From Candidatus Eiseniibacteriota bacterium (GTDB taxonomy: Bacteria; Eisenbacteria; RBG-16-71-46; CAIMUX01; VGJL01): a stretch of 64,000 nt of DNA. Below are positions 48,025-58,618 of this stretch, piece after piece. The notes below the pieces were generated by a model, which saw only the letters and a program-made list of their open reading frames with translations, was not told where the DNA came from and did not search any database. The translations under genes and the position numbers were made by a program. The stretch lies in contig CAWBWI010000006.1 in assembly GCA_963792585.1 (NCBI GenBank), forward strand, positions 992,001 through 1,056,000. The letters run 5' to 3'. Position 1 is the first letter of the stretch. The number at the start of each line of letters is the position of its first letter.

Positions 48025-49935
48025 CTAGCCACCAAGAAGATGATTCCGATACCACCGCACCATCGCGAGCAACGTGAAGATCGCCCGCGCGCGGTCGGCA
48101 CGCCGCTCGAGGTGTTGCTCGACGATCCGGCCGACCGCCGCACCGTCGAGGAAGCCTTCCGCGTCGATTCTCATCGGGTCGAGATCCGCAAGCACCGTCG
48201 CCTTCAGATCCCGCCGGAACATCCCCGCCAGGGGCACGGAGAGGCCGCGCTTGCGTCTCTTGAGCAGTTGGCGCGGCACGGTCAACATCGCCGCCCGGCG
48301 TAGGATTCGCTTCGTCTCCCACCCGTGGACCTTCATCTCGATCGGCAGGCGCGCGGCGAACTCGACAACCTCGCGGCTCAGATAGGGCGAGCGACTCTCG
48401 AGAGAGCAGGACATCGAGGCGCGATCGACCTTCGTGAGGAGCCCCTCGCCGAGGTAGGTGCGGAAATCGAGGTAGAGAACCTCCTCGAGGTCGGCACGGC
48501 TCCACTCATCCTCCGGACCGAGCATCGCTCGGTAGATGGCGATCGGATCGGCCTCGGCGCGGGCGAGCCGCGGCCCGACCAGCGCGCCGACCTCTTCGGG
48601 GGGGAACGCCCCGAACCACGCGGCATGGCGATCGAGGAGCGGCCGCGCGGCGTGGCGTACGAACCGTTTCAGCAGGAACTCGAGCGAGACCTTGCCTTCC
48701 GAGGCCGGCCACGACTCGATCAACGGGCGCAGCAGGCGCTCCCGCAGCCATGAAGGCCAGCGAGCGTACCCGCGCGCGAGATGGTGTCCCAGATAGGTCG
48801 GGTACCCGCCGAAGAGCTCATCCGCCCCCTCGCCCCCGAGGATCACCTTCACGTGGCGGCGCGCTTCCTCTGCGAGGAGGAAGGTCGGCAGAACGGCGGG
48901 ATCGCCCAGCGGTTCGTCCAGGTGACGGCCGAGGAGATCGAACGCGCGGGCGAGCGAGACCGTGTCGGCGGGCGCAATGTGATGGATCGTCCCCAAGCGC
49001 GCGGCAAGCCAGGCGGCGGCATCCCCTTCGTCGTACGACGCGTCGGCGAACGATACGGTGAACGTGTGAAGCCGCTCCTTCGATTCCTTCGCGGCGACCG
49101 TAGCGATCCAGCCCGAGTCCAGACCGCCGCTCAGCGCGACCCCGGCCGGCACATCCCCCATCAGCTGGCGGCGCACCGACGCGTCGATCCGCTCGCGCAG
49201 GTCGTGCGCGGCTTCGGCTTCGGTCATGCGGATGGGCCTAGTCGCGCCCTCGATCGCGTGCGACCGCAGCGACCAGTAGGTTCGCAGATCGAGCGATGCC
49301 ATCCCCGATACGGCGATCCCCATCGTTCCGGGAACCATCTTGCGGATGTCGCGATATGGGGAATACGGGGCCGGCAGGTAGCCAAAGGAGAGATAGAGGC
49401 GAAGCGCCTCGGCATCTTCCTCGCGTCCGATGCCGTCGACCACGCGCAACGCGGCCAGTTCGCTCGCGAAGTAGAGGGTGCGGTCCCGCCAGGCATAGAA
49501 GAGCGGCTTTTCGCCGGCCCGATCCCGCGCAAGCACGAGGCGCTGCGAGGTAGCGTCCCACAGGGCGATCGCGAACATCCCATCCACGGGCTCGAGAAAA
49601 TCGAGTCCGCGGTCTTCATAGAGGTGGACGAGAACCTCGACATCGGAGTGGGTGCGGAAGGTGTGACGCCCCTCGAGGTCACGGCGCAACGCGGGTGCGT
49701 TGTAGATTTCGCCGTTGCACACGATGTGGATCGATCCGGTTTCGTTGTGCAGGGGTTGGCGGCCGGTCGCGAGGTCGACGATCGAGAGGCGGCGGCTGCC
49801 GAGCGCGACGCATCCTTCCGCGAACACACCCCCCTCGTCCGGACCCCGGTGGAAGAGTGCGGTCCCCATCCGCTCGAGCGGCTCGCGCGCGGAGACCTGG
49901 TCCCCCGTCGCAAAGAATCCGTAGATGCCGCACAC
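48025..49935 (-). CDS. asnB: Asparagine synthase (glutamine-hydrolysing) family amidotransferase
   Basis: N-terminal MCGI, HRGPD, NGEIYN, LSGGLDS, GEGADELFGGY, KVDRASM..SLE.R.P. Confidence 0.92.
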   Translation of the reverse strand: MCGIYGFFATGDQVSAREPLERMGTALFHRGPDEGGVFAEGCVALGSRRLSIVDLATGRQPLHNETGSIHIVCNGEIYNAPALRRDLEGRHTFRTHSDVEVLVHLYEDRGLDFLEPVDGMFAIALWDATSQRLVLARDRAGEKPLFYAWRDRTLYFASELAALRVVDGIGREEDAEALRLYLSFGYLPAPYSPYRDIRKMVPGTMGIAVSGMASLDLRTYWSLRSHAIEGATRPIRMTEAEAAHDLRERIDASVRRQLMGDVPAGVALSGGLDSGWIATVAAKESKERLHTFTVSFADASYDEGDAAAWLAARLGTIHHIAPADTVSLARAFDLLGRHLDEPLGDPAVLPTFLLAEEARRHVKVILGGEGADELFGGYPTYLGHHLARGYARWPSWLRERLLRPLIESWPASEGKVSLEFLLKRFVRHAARPLLDRHAAWFGAFPPEEVGALVGPRLARAEADPIAIYRAMLGPEDEWSRADLEEVLYLDFRTYLGEGLLTKVDRASMSCSLESRSPYLSREVVEFAARLPIEMKVHGWETKRILRRAAMLTVPRQLLKRRKRGLSVPLAGMFRRDLKATVLADLDPMRIDAEGFLDGAAVGRIVEQHLERRADRARAIFTLLAMVRWYRNHLLGG

Positions 49936-49944
49936 GGTCGTATC

Positions 49945-51816
49945 TCAGCGCGGGGGAGGGGGAATCCCCTCGCGTGCCCAGATCCGATACTTGCGGACGC
50001 GCGAGGCTAGACGGAACTCGGGTCCCGGCGGGGTGTCGCTTCGCGTGATCAGGATTCCGACCGTCCCCGCGAGCAACGCCGCATCGAGATCCTGCGGCGA
50101 CCAGAGCCCCGGCGCGCCCGCCGCCTTGAGGGCATCATGGTTGCGCGCGACATAGGTGCTCGTGATCTCCCTCCCCGTCTCGGTTACGACCGGCACGACC
50201 CGCCCCAGATAGAAGTCGAGGCTCGTCGGGAAGCACCGCACCGTCGCCACCGTCAGCGTCTCCGCCCCCAGTCTCCTGAGTTCGGCGGCAAGCTGTCGAG
50301 AGGAGTTTTGATCGGCGTAACGGACCATCGGCGCGATCGCGACGACAAACACCATCGGGGCGACCAGCCCGAGAACGATGGGCGCCCATGCCGGGCGTCG
50401 CATCCGGTGGAGGACGAGCAGCCCGAGCCCGCACACGGTGAACACGATCCCGATCCCCGTGAGCAGATCCCCCGCCGCGCCCGCTAGAACCGCCGGTTGT
50501 CTCAGCCATCGATCCAGCGGCAGCCCAACCCTTGCCCCGATGATCAGCACTGCGCCGAGCACCACCAGCACGATGCCGGGCACGAGAGTCCAGGCCCTGG
50601 TTGCGCTCGCCCACACGTCGGCGGAAGGAGCTGCGCTGCTGAGGTCCGCGCTGGATCGGGGGCCGGCGGAAGGAGCTGCGCTACTGGGGTCCGCGCTGGA
50701 TCGGGGGTCGGCGGAAGGAGCTGCGCTACTGAGGTCCGCGCTGGATCGGGGGTCGGCGAAAGGAGCTGCGCTATGCGCCGACTGGAGCCGACCCCCGATC
50801 CAGCAGCCAGCCACAATCTCCCTACCAACAAGCACCGCGATCAACGGCACCACCGGCAGCACGTACCCCCCCAGCTTGCTGCTCGACGCCGAGAAGAACG
50901 CCACGATCGCCAACACCGCGAACAGCAGTCCCCGCTCCGCCGACGGCCGCAGGAAATCACGGTGGGAGCGGAAGTACGCCGGCAGCCTACCGACCGCGAC
51001 GATGCTCCACGGCAGCAACCCCATCAACAGGATCGGCACGTAGTAGTAGAACGGCCCCGTCCGCTGAAACGTCGGTCTCGTGAGCCGCTCGACCGTCTCG
51101 ACCATGAGCGCATAGCGCAGGAATCCCGGCTGACGCAACTCGACCGCCAGCACCCAGGGCATGCACACGACCAGAAAGGCCGCGATCCCGACCGGGTGGA
51201 GCAGCCCCCGCAATCGCCACGGCCTTCCGAGTCCGATGGTCAGAGCAAGGAATCCCAGCAGGGGCAGGAGCAGTCCAACCGGTCCCTTGGTCAGCACGGC
51301 CAACGCGGTGCAGACCCAGAACAGGGGAAATCCCCATCGTCGACCCCCGCGCGCCTCCACCGCGAACCAGAGCGCGTAGGTGACGAAGCAGGTGAGCGCG
51401 ATGTCGAAGATCACCGTGCGGGCGAAAACCAGGAAGAGCGGAGAACTCGCGAGCGCGATCACCGACGCCCACGCCGCCTGCGCCGAGAAGAGCCGCCGCG
51501 CCAGCGCCCACGTCGCGAGTCCTGTCGCGATCGCGAAGAGGAGCGACGGCAGACGGGCCGCGGCCTCGGTCGATCCGAACAGCGAAAGGCTCGACGCGAC
51601 CGCTGCGAAGTAGAGGATCGGCTTGTCGAGATAGGGCATCCCGTGAAAGTGGGGCAGCACCCAGTCGCGCGAGGCGACGATCTCCTGGGCCACCCGGGCG
51701 TTGCGTCCTTCGTCGGGCTCCAGAAGTGGGATCCGGCTAATCCCAAGGAGGATAGAAAGTAACACGATTGCGGCGAGCCCGATACTGACCGATCTGGGAG
51801 CGAGCCGTCTCATCAC
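49945..51816 (-). CDS. ArnT/PMT-like GT-C (GT83/GT39) membrane glycosyltransferase
   Basis: EPDEGRNA, YLDKP, EAAARLPS, LTKGPVG, GPFYYY, SKLGGYVLP; many TM segments. Confidence 0.88.
   Translation of the reverse strand: MMRRLAPRSVSIGLAAIVLLSILLGISRIPLLEPDEGRNARVAQEIVASRDWVLPHFHGMPYLDKPILYFAAVASSLSLFGSTEAAARLPSLLFAIATGLATWALARRLFSAQAAWASVIALASSPLFLVFARTVIFDIALTCFVTYALWFAVEARGGRRWGFPLFWVCTALAVLTKGPVGLLLPLLGFLALTIGLGRPWRLRGLLHPVGIAAFLVVCMPWVLAVELRQPGFLRYALMVETVERLTRPTFQRTGPFYYYVPILLMGLLPWSIVAVGRLPAYFRSHRDFLRPSAERGLLFAVLAIVAFFSASSSKLGGYVLPVVPLIAVLVGREIVAGCWIGGRLQSAHSAAPFADPRSSADLSSAAPSADPRSSADPSSAAPSAGPRSSADLSSAAPSADVWASATRAWTLVPGIVLVVLGAVLIIGARVGLPLDRWLRQPAVLAGAAGDLLTGIGIVFTVCGLGLLVLHRMRRPAWAPIVLGLVAPMVFVVAIAPMVRYADQNSSRQLAAELRRLGAETLTVATVRCFPTSLDFYLGRVVPVVTETGREITSTYVARNHDALKAAGAPGLWSPQDLDAALLAGTVGILITRSDTPPGPEFRLASRVRKYRIWAREGIPPPPR
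50617..50773. repeat. 45-bp tandem repeat, 3.5 copies, in frame within the ArnT-like gene
   Basis: Units start at 50617, 50662, 50707 and 50752; they encode SAAPSADPRSSADLS variants. Confidence 0.92.
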
Positions 51817-51872
51817 GATCGGGCGATCTTCGGCTTCCGCCGACCCCGAAGATCAGCATCGGAAAATCTCTC

Positions 51873-51901
51873 TTGACAACTATCGTCCACGCGAGTAGAT
51901 T
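51873..51901 (+). promoter_or_regulatory. Orphan sigma-70 promoter TTGACA-N17-TAGATT
   Basis: Near-perfect consensus; no credible + strand gene follows for about 8 kb. Confidence 0.6.
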
Positions 51902-51906
51902 TCACT

Positions 51907-52090
51907 GGTTCGGCTGGAACCGCATCACAGACTTTGCTCCCCGAACCAGACTTTGCTGTGGTGGACTGTCCGACCCCTCGAGCGGGGCACGTTAGGTTCC
52001 CCCCTGGTGTCTTGCTGAGGATCGGCTGGTCTCACCCTTTGTGAACGGGCGGAAGCGATCAATCCATGGTCGCCCCGCCCGTTCCCTTTC
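51907..52090 (+). ncRNA. Candidate structured small RNA (family not recognised)
   Basis: Follows the orphan promoter; internal stems and an 11-nt direct repeat; ends at stem 52043-52052/52075-52084 followed by CCTTT. Confidence 0.3.
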
Positions 52091-55000
52091 CGGCAATTCC
52101 TCCGTGCGCGCCGGCATCCCGTGGATCGATTGCAGAGATTCCACCTCGAAGTCCGATTCGCGCAGGGCCCGGATCGCATCACACGCGGCACGCGCGCCCT
52201 CGAGCGTCGTGATGCAGGCGACCCCGCGCTCGAGCGCTCGAGAGCGAATCGCGCGCTCGTCGAACATCGACGCCCGGCCAAGGGGCGTGTTGATGACGAG
52301 ATCGCATTCCCCCAGACGAATCCGGTCGGCGATGTTGCGGGTGCCCCTCGTTCACCTTGAAAACCATCCCGCATGGGATTCCGCACGCCTCGAGCCAGGC
52401 GGCCGTGCCTCGCGTCGCTATGAGCCGGAACCCCATTCCGGAAAGGGAAGCGGCGATATCCTGCAATCCGCGCTTGTCCGCCTCGTTCACGCTTAGGAAG
52501 ACGGTCCCCTCGACCGGCAGGCGGATGCCCGCCGCCATGCACGCTTTTGCGAACGCGGGGCCGAAGCCGTCGCCGATCCCGAGGACCTCGCCCGTCGAGC
52601 GCATTTCCGGCCCGAGGATCGTGTCGTTGTCCGGAAAGCGGCGAAACGGGAAGACCGGCATCTTGACGAACGACCGGGGAGGACGCGGCTCGGCGGGCAG
52701 GCCCAGACTCTCGACCGTGGCGCCGAGGAGCAACCGCGTGGCGAGGCCCGCGAGCGGCAACCCGATCGCCCGGCTCACGAAGGGGATCGTGCGCGAGGCG
52801 CGCGGGTTCGCCTCGAGGACGTAGATGCGGCCATTTGAAATTGCGAACTGGATATTGAGCAGACCCACCACGCCGAGCGCGACGCCGAGCTTCTCGGTCG
52901 CCTCACGGATTCCCGCGAGCAGCTCGGGGGCGATTCGATCGGGTGGCAGCACAGACGTCGAGTCGCCTGAGTGGATCCCCGCCATTTCGACATGCTGCTG
53001 GATCCCGGCGATCCAGACCGTCGCGCCGTCGCAGAGGGCATCGACATCGACCTCGGTGGCCGCCTCGAGGAACCGGTCGAGGAACAGAGGATGCTCCGCA
53101 TCGACCCAAGCGGTCCTGTCGAGGTAGCCCGTGAGCGACGGCTCGTCGTAGACGCGGATCATCCGCTGTCCGCCGAGCACGTACGAGGGACGGACCATCA
53201 GCGGGAAACCGATTTGGGCGGCGAGCTCGATCACCTCCTCGCGCGTGCGCGCGATCCCGTGCTCGGGGACGGGGATGGCGAGTTCGCTGCGCGAGGCGCG
53301 CCGAAGCGGAGCCGGTCCTCGGCGAGATCGATCGAGTCGGCCGACGTGCCGAGGACGGGAACGCCCGCTTCCTCGAGCGGCGCGCGCGAGAGCGAGCGGC
53401 GTCTGGCCGCCGAACTGGAGGATCACCCCCTCGGGCTTCTCCCGCTCGACGACCTCGAGAACGTCCTCGGCGGTGAGCGGCTCGAAGTAGAGACGGTCGG
53501 ACGTGTCGTAGTCGGTCGAGACCGTCTCGGGGTTGCAGTTCATGAGGATCGACTCGATCCCCTCCTCGCGCAGGGCGGCCGCCGCCTCGCAGGCGCAGGC
53601 GTCGAACTCGATCCCCTGACCGATCCGGATCGGTCCCCCTCCGAGGACGAGCGACCTTGCGCCGCTCCGTCGGGTGCGCCTCGCAGCGGCTCTCCCAGGT
53701 CGAGAAGAGGTAGGGCGTGTGCGACTCGAACTCCCCGGCGCAGGTGTCGATCCGCTGGTAGACCGGACGGATCCCGAGCAGGCCCCGCGTCGCGCGAACT
53801 TCCTCCTCGCTCTCACCGACGAGAGCCGCGATCCGAGCGATCCGAGAACCCTTCCCGCTTCGCTTGAAGGAGGAACTCGCGCGGCATCCCGCGGAGGGCG
53901 TGCGCCGCGATCTCCTCCTCGAGGGCGAGGATCAGCGCGGATCTGGTGCAGGAACCAGGGATCGATCGCGGTCGAGTGCGCGACCGCGTCGACCGAGGCC
54001 CCGCGGCGCAGCGCCTCGGCAACGGCGAGCAGGCGCTCGGGACCGGGCTGGGTCAAGTGCGGTCTCGAGATCCTCGTCTCCGGTCCATGGGTCGAACCCC
54101 GCGAGCCCGACTCCAGGGAACGCAGTCCCTTCTGGATCGCCTCGCGGAAGGTGCGACCGATCGCCATCACCTCGCCGACCGAGCGCATCTCAGTCGAGAG
54201 ATCGGGCGTGCGTGCCGGGGAACTTCTCGAAGTTCCAACGCGGGATCTTGACGACGACGTAGTCCAGAGCCGGCTCGAAGCAGGCCCTCGTCTTGCGCGT
54301 GATGTCGTTCGCGATCTCGGCGAGGTCGTAGCCGAGCGCCAGACGCGTTGCGATCTTGGCGATCGGAAATCCGGTCGCCTTGCTGGCGAGGGCGGAGGAG
54401 CGCGAGACGCGGGGGTTCATCTCGATCACGACGCGGCGGCGCGTCTGCGGATGGACGGCGAACTGGATGTTGCTGCCGCCCGTCTCCACCCCGACGATCC
54501 GGATCACGCGGAACGCATCGTCCCGCATCGCCTGCAGCTCGCGGTCGGTCAGGGTCATCGCGGGGGCGACGGTGATCGAGTCACCCGTGTGGATCCCCAT
54601 CGGATCCAGGTTCTCGATCGAGCAGACGACGACCGCCTGGTCCGACCGGTCGCGCATCACCTCGAGCTCGAACTCCTTCCAGCCGAGGAGCGACTCCTCG
54701 ATCAGGACCTCGCCCGACCGGCGAAAGCTCGATTCCACGGCGGACGATCCGGCGGAACTACTCGATGTCGTGCGCCACACCGCTTCCCGGTCCCTCCGAG
54801 CGTGAAGGAGGGACGGATGATCGCGGGAAGTCCGGTCGCCCGGAGGGTCTCCTCGGCTTCCTCGACGTCTTGCAGGTTCGGCCGCTTCGGAACATCCAGC
54901 CCGCCGTCCCGCATCGCCTTGCGGAAGGCGCTCGCGATCCTCGGCCAGGCGGAGCGCGTCGATCGAGGCGCCCGAGCAGCCGCACGCCGTATCGCTCCCA

Positions 55001-55325
55001 GAGCCCGTTCGTCGGCAAGGGCGACGGCGAGGTTCAGGGCGGTCTGGCCGCCGACGGTCGCGAGGACAGGCGTCGGGACGCTCCCTCGCGACGACCTTCT
55101 CGACGTACTCGGGCGTGAGCGGCTCGATGTAGGTCGCATCGGCAAGGCCGGGATCGGTCATGATCGTCGCCGGGTTCGAGTTGACGAGGATCACCCGGCA
55201 TCCCTTCCTCGCGGAGCGCCTTCACCGCCTGCGTTCCCGAGTAGTCGAACTCGCATCCCTGCCCGATCACGATCGGGCCCGGACCCGAGGACGAGGACCG
55301 AGCGTGATCCCGCCCTACGGGGCAC
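51992..55325 (-). pseudogene. carB: Carbamoyl-phosphate synthase large subunit, split by many indels (probably sequence errors rather than true decay)
   Basis: Motifs scattered over three frames: [95 protein letters not shown] domain. Confidence 0.9.
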
Positions 55326-56442
55326 CAGGCGGCCCCTCCGTGTCGCCGCGCGAACGAAGTGCGTCGAAAATCTCGCACGAGTCTCGTGCGGGCCGGGCGC
55401 TCCCTCCGGATGGAACTGGTACGGACCAGAGGCGCCGCGTCGTGATCGGCGAATCCCTCGATCGTGCCGTCGTTTACGTTCGATGGGTGAGCTCGACCGT
55501 CGCGGGGATCCGGAGATGCCTCGACCGCGTAGTTGTGGTTCTGAGCGGTGATCGACACATGCCCCGTGCGGAGGTCCTTCACGGGATGGTTTCGCGCCGT
55601 GGTGGCCGAACGGGAGCGGTGCGTGACCGGCCGCCGAGCGCAAGGCCGGCCAGCTGGTGGCCGAGGCAGATCGCGAGCGTCGGGTAGCGATCGATGCAGT
55701 GGCGCACCGTTCCGAGCAGCGGCGATCGAGCGTCTCGCGGATCGCCGGGTCCGTTCGAGAGGACGACGCCGTCCGGCCGCAGATCGTCGATCGCCGCCGC
55801 ATCGGCCTCGCCGGAAGGATCGTAAGCGTGCAACCGCGACGCGCCAGTTCGTCGACGATCGATCGTCTTGACGCCGATAGTCGATACGGCGAGGTGCGGC
55901 GACACGCGGGCCCGTTCGGCGCATGCTGTCGCGCGTTTCGATCCGTGGACCCACGGTTGGCGGCACGTCACCTCGGAGACGAGGTCGCGCTCGGACATCG
56001 AGGGAATCTGGCGCGCGCGGGCGACCGCTTCGTCCGGATCCTCGATGCCGGTCGTGAAGTAGCCGCGCATCACGCCGCCGCGCGCAGGTGGAGCGTGAGC
56101 GCGCGCGTGTCGACGTCCGTCATGCCGCGAAGGCGGTGCGCCGCACGAACTGACGGAGAGTCTCGACCGACCCCGGATGGGACGGCGTCTCGCAGAGATC
56201 GCGGCAGATCGACCCCCGCGGCCCACGCCACGTCGATTCCTGGTCTCCGTCGTGGATTCCATAGTTGCCGATGTGCGGAGCGGTGAAGACGACGATCTGG
56301 CCGCGATAGGAGGGGTCGCTCAGGACTTCCTGATAGCCTGTCATCGCCGTGCAGAAGACGACCTCGCCGCCGATCTCGTTGGGATCACCGAAGGAGGTGC
56401 CGTAGAAGAGACGGCCGTCCTCCAGCGCGAGCAAGGCTGCAT
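55322..56442 (-). pseudogene. carA: Carbamoyl-phosphate synthase small subunit, split by many indels
   Basis: [67 protein letters not shown], found in different frames. Confidence 0.9.
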
Positions 56443-56587
56443 GGCGCCTCCGCGTGGCTCGGCGGGTAGAACGTATCCGCCGCGACGTCCTGGAAACCCG
56501 CGGCGGTCATGGATAACCGAGCCTGTAGGAGCATACGTAGACGCAGAGTATTCCGCAAGATGGAATGATCGTTCGGGCGTCTATCCC

Positions 56588-57998
56588 TTATTCGCCGACT
56601 CGATGAATCGCGCGATCGTCCTCGACGACCTCGCGGACGCGCAGCGGCCCGAGCCATCGCTCCGGGATCGACGCGGGACCCTGCCGCGCTCCGAGGATCG
56701 CGCCCGCGATCGCGGCATGCGTGTCGGCATCCCCTCCGCGGTGGACCAGGTCGAGGAGGACCTCCTCGAGGCGCCGCTTCCTGCCGCGATGCCCAGAACG
56801 CGGAGCGGAGCGTGTGGAGCGAGTGTCCTCGCTCGTGGCCGTTCCATTCCGGTCCGCCGGGATTCCAACCCTCCGCGACGGAGTCGAGTGCGGCCGAGAC
56901 GCGATCGTCCCATGCCGTGGAGCGCGCGGCCTCGAGGGGATCGGCGCCGCGGAGGGCGGCGGCGACTCCGTCGGCCACCGCGACGGCGCAACCGAGATCG
57001 ACGGGGGCCGGGTGGGTCATCGCGGAGGCGGCGATTGCCGAAGTGCGGCGGAGGTCGTCGTCCCGGGACAGGGCGATGCCGACAGCGGCGGCGCGACTCA
57101 GAGCGGCGTTGAATTCGGGCCGGCGGTGCGCCCTCTCCCAGGCGGCGCGGGCGGCGGCAACGGGCGACTGCTCGAGGTAGTCGGAAAGGATGCCGCGGGT
57201 CAGGTGGCCGAAATCCCGCGGGCGGCCGAGCGCCCAGCGGGCGAGCGCCTGGCCGAGGCGCGTGCGGTCGTCCGCAGTGTGGACCGTGCGGCCGTCGGCG
57301 AACTCGCGGAACCAGAGGAGCGCGAGGGTGGTCTCGCGGGTCGGATGGCCGGGGCCCCACCCGCGACCGCTCACGTAGTCACGAAAGGGGCCGTGGATGC
57401 GGGCGATCTTCTCGGCGGGCCAGTTCTCGACGGGCGCGCCGAGGGCGTCGCCGACGGCGAGGCCGAGCAGCGCGCCGCGGAGCTTGTCTGCGGTGGGCGC
57501 CGATACCGGCGCAAGGCCTTGGGCCGGTTCCGTGGTGCCCGCTCCCCTTCGCAGCGCGTCATCTCGGTCCGAGCCGGGGTCGGAATGGACGCTTCTCGGA
57601 GCGCCGCGCCCCCCTGATGTAGCGGCGCGCAGGGAAGCGTCCTTCTCCGGCCCGCCTGCGGAGCTCAACGCAGCGAGCCCCGACGCCGCGATTCGGATCG
57701 CGTCGAGCGCCCCGCCGGTCAGGACATCGATCTCCTGCACTGCGGTGCGGGCCGCATCGACGTCGGCTCCCGTATCGATCGTGCAGGTCGCGACAAGCGG
57801 CCGAAGCCCGGCCAGACGCCAGCGCCACAGCGTTCCCACGAAATCGGGGGCGAGCGTGATCCCGCCCGGCGTCAACGTCCCCCCCGCCCGGAGGAGCGCT
57901 TCGTCGAGATCGATCCAGCGGATCGCATCGGGCAGCGCCTCGTCCGGTGCGAGACGCGAGGAGATCAGCTCGCCGCGAAGCCAGATTCCGCCGGTCAC
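56588..57998 (-). CDS. ADP-ribosylglycohydrolase-family protein with an N-terminal extension; frameshift at about 56775
   Basis: RGALLGLAVGDALGAPVE and THP motifs; the C-terminal GGDADTHAAIAGAILGA...IPERW motif reads in a shifted frame ending at TAA 56590-56588. Confidence 0.8.
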
Positions 57999-58519
57999 CG
58001 GCGCGTCCCCCCTTCTCCCATCGGCCTGAACAACTCGATCTCATCCCGCAGGGGTATCCCGTCCATACCGATCATCGGAATCGACGGCTTCAGCGCCCGC
58101 GAACGCTCGATCGCTCCGGCGTGGATGCGCCGCAGCAACCAACCCCGCTTCTGATAGAAGCCGATCGCGCGGAGGTTGTCGTTCGTCGTGACGAGCCATC
58201 CCTCGCGGCAACCGGCATTGCTGGCGGCGCGCTCCGCCGCCCGCAGCAGGCGCGTGCCGATGCCCCGGCCCTCGCGGAGGCTGTTCAGGGAGATGACCTC
58301 GCAACGCGCGCCCAGGATCCGGTAGGTCAGGAGTCCGACAATCCGCCCGCGCGCGACGGCGACGAATCCGGGGTAAGCGTGGGCCGGATGGACGCGCCCG
58401 CGCGTCACCACGTCCCCGGAACCCCACGAGGCGGTGAGAATCCGCAACACCACCGGCCGATCGGCCTCACGAATAGCGCGGATGCGAATCGCCTCGGAAG
58501 CGGACGACGTTGTCATCAT
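57995..58519 (-). CDS. GNAT family N-acetyltransferase
   Basis: GRGIGTRLL, LVTTNDNLRAIGFYQKRGW, GIPLRDEIEL. Confidence 0.92.
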   Translation of the reverse strand: MMTTSSASEAIRIRAIREADRPVVLRILTASWGSGDVVTRGRVHPAHAYPGFVAVARGRIVGLLTYRILGARCEVISLNSLREGRGIGTRLLRAAERAASNAGCREGWLVTTNDNLRAIGFYQKRGWLLRRIHAGAIERSRALKPSIPMIGMDGIPLRDEIELFRPMGEGGTRR

Positions 58520-58618
58520 CGCCGTAGCCTAGGAACGGGGAGGGGCCACGTCAACGTCCCCCCGCGGAACTCGGGGCTGTCGCGATCCGAGGCGGGCGAT
58601 TCTTCTATGCGGGGCGCG

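Noticed and set aside
3008..48800. Long opposite-strand ORFs (e.g. 3008-5116, 7877-10072, 23616-25772, 39250-42063)
   Set aside because: Antisense shadows of well-supported genes, expected at this GC content; they show no recognisable motifs.
50617..50773. 45-bp repeats as a mini-CRISPR
   Set aside because: Head-to-tail tandem units with no unique spacers, in frame within a CDS.
51992..56442. Programmed ribosomal frameshifting in carAB
   Set aside because: Too many shifts at unrelated contexts, with no slippery heptamers.
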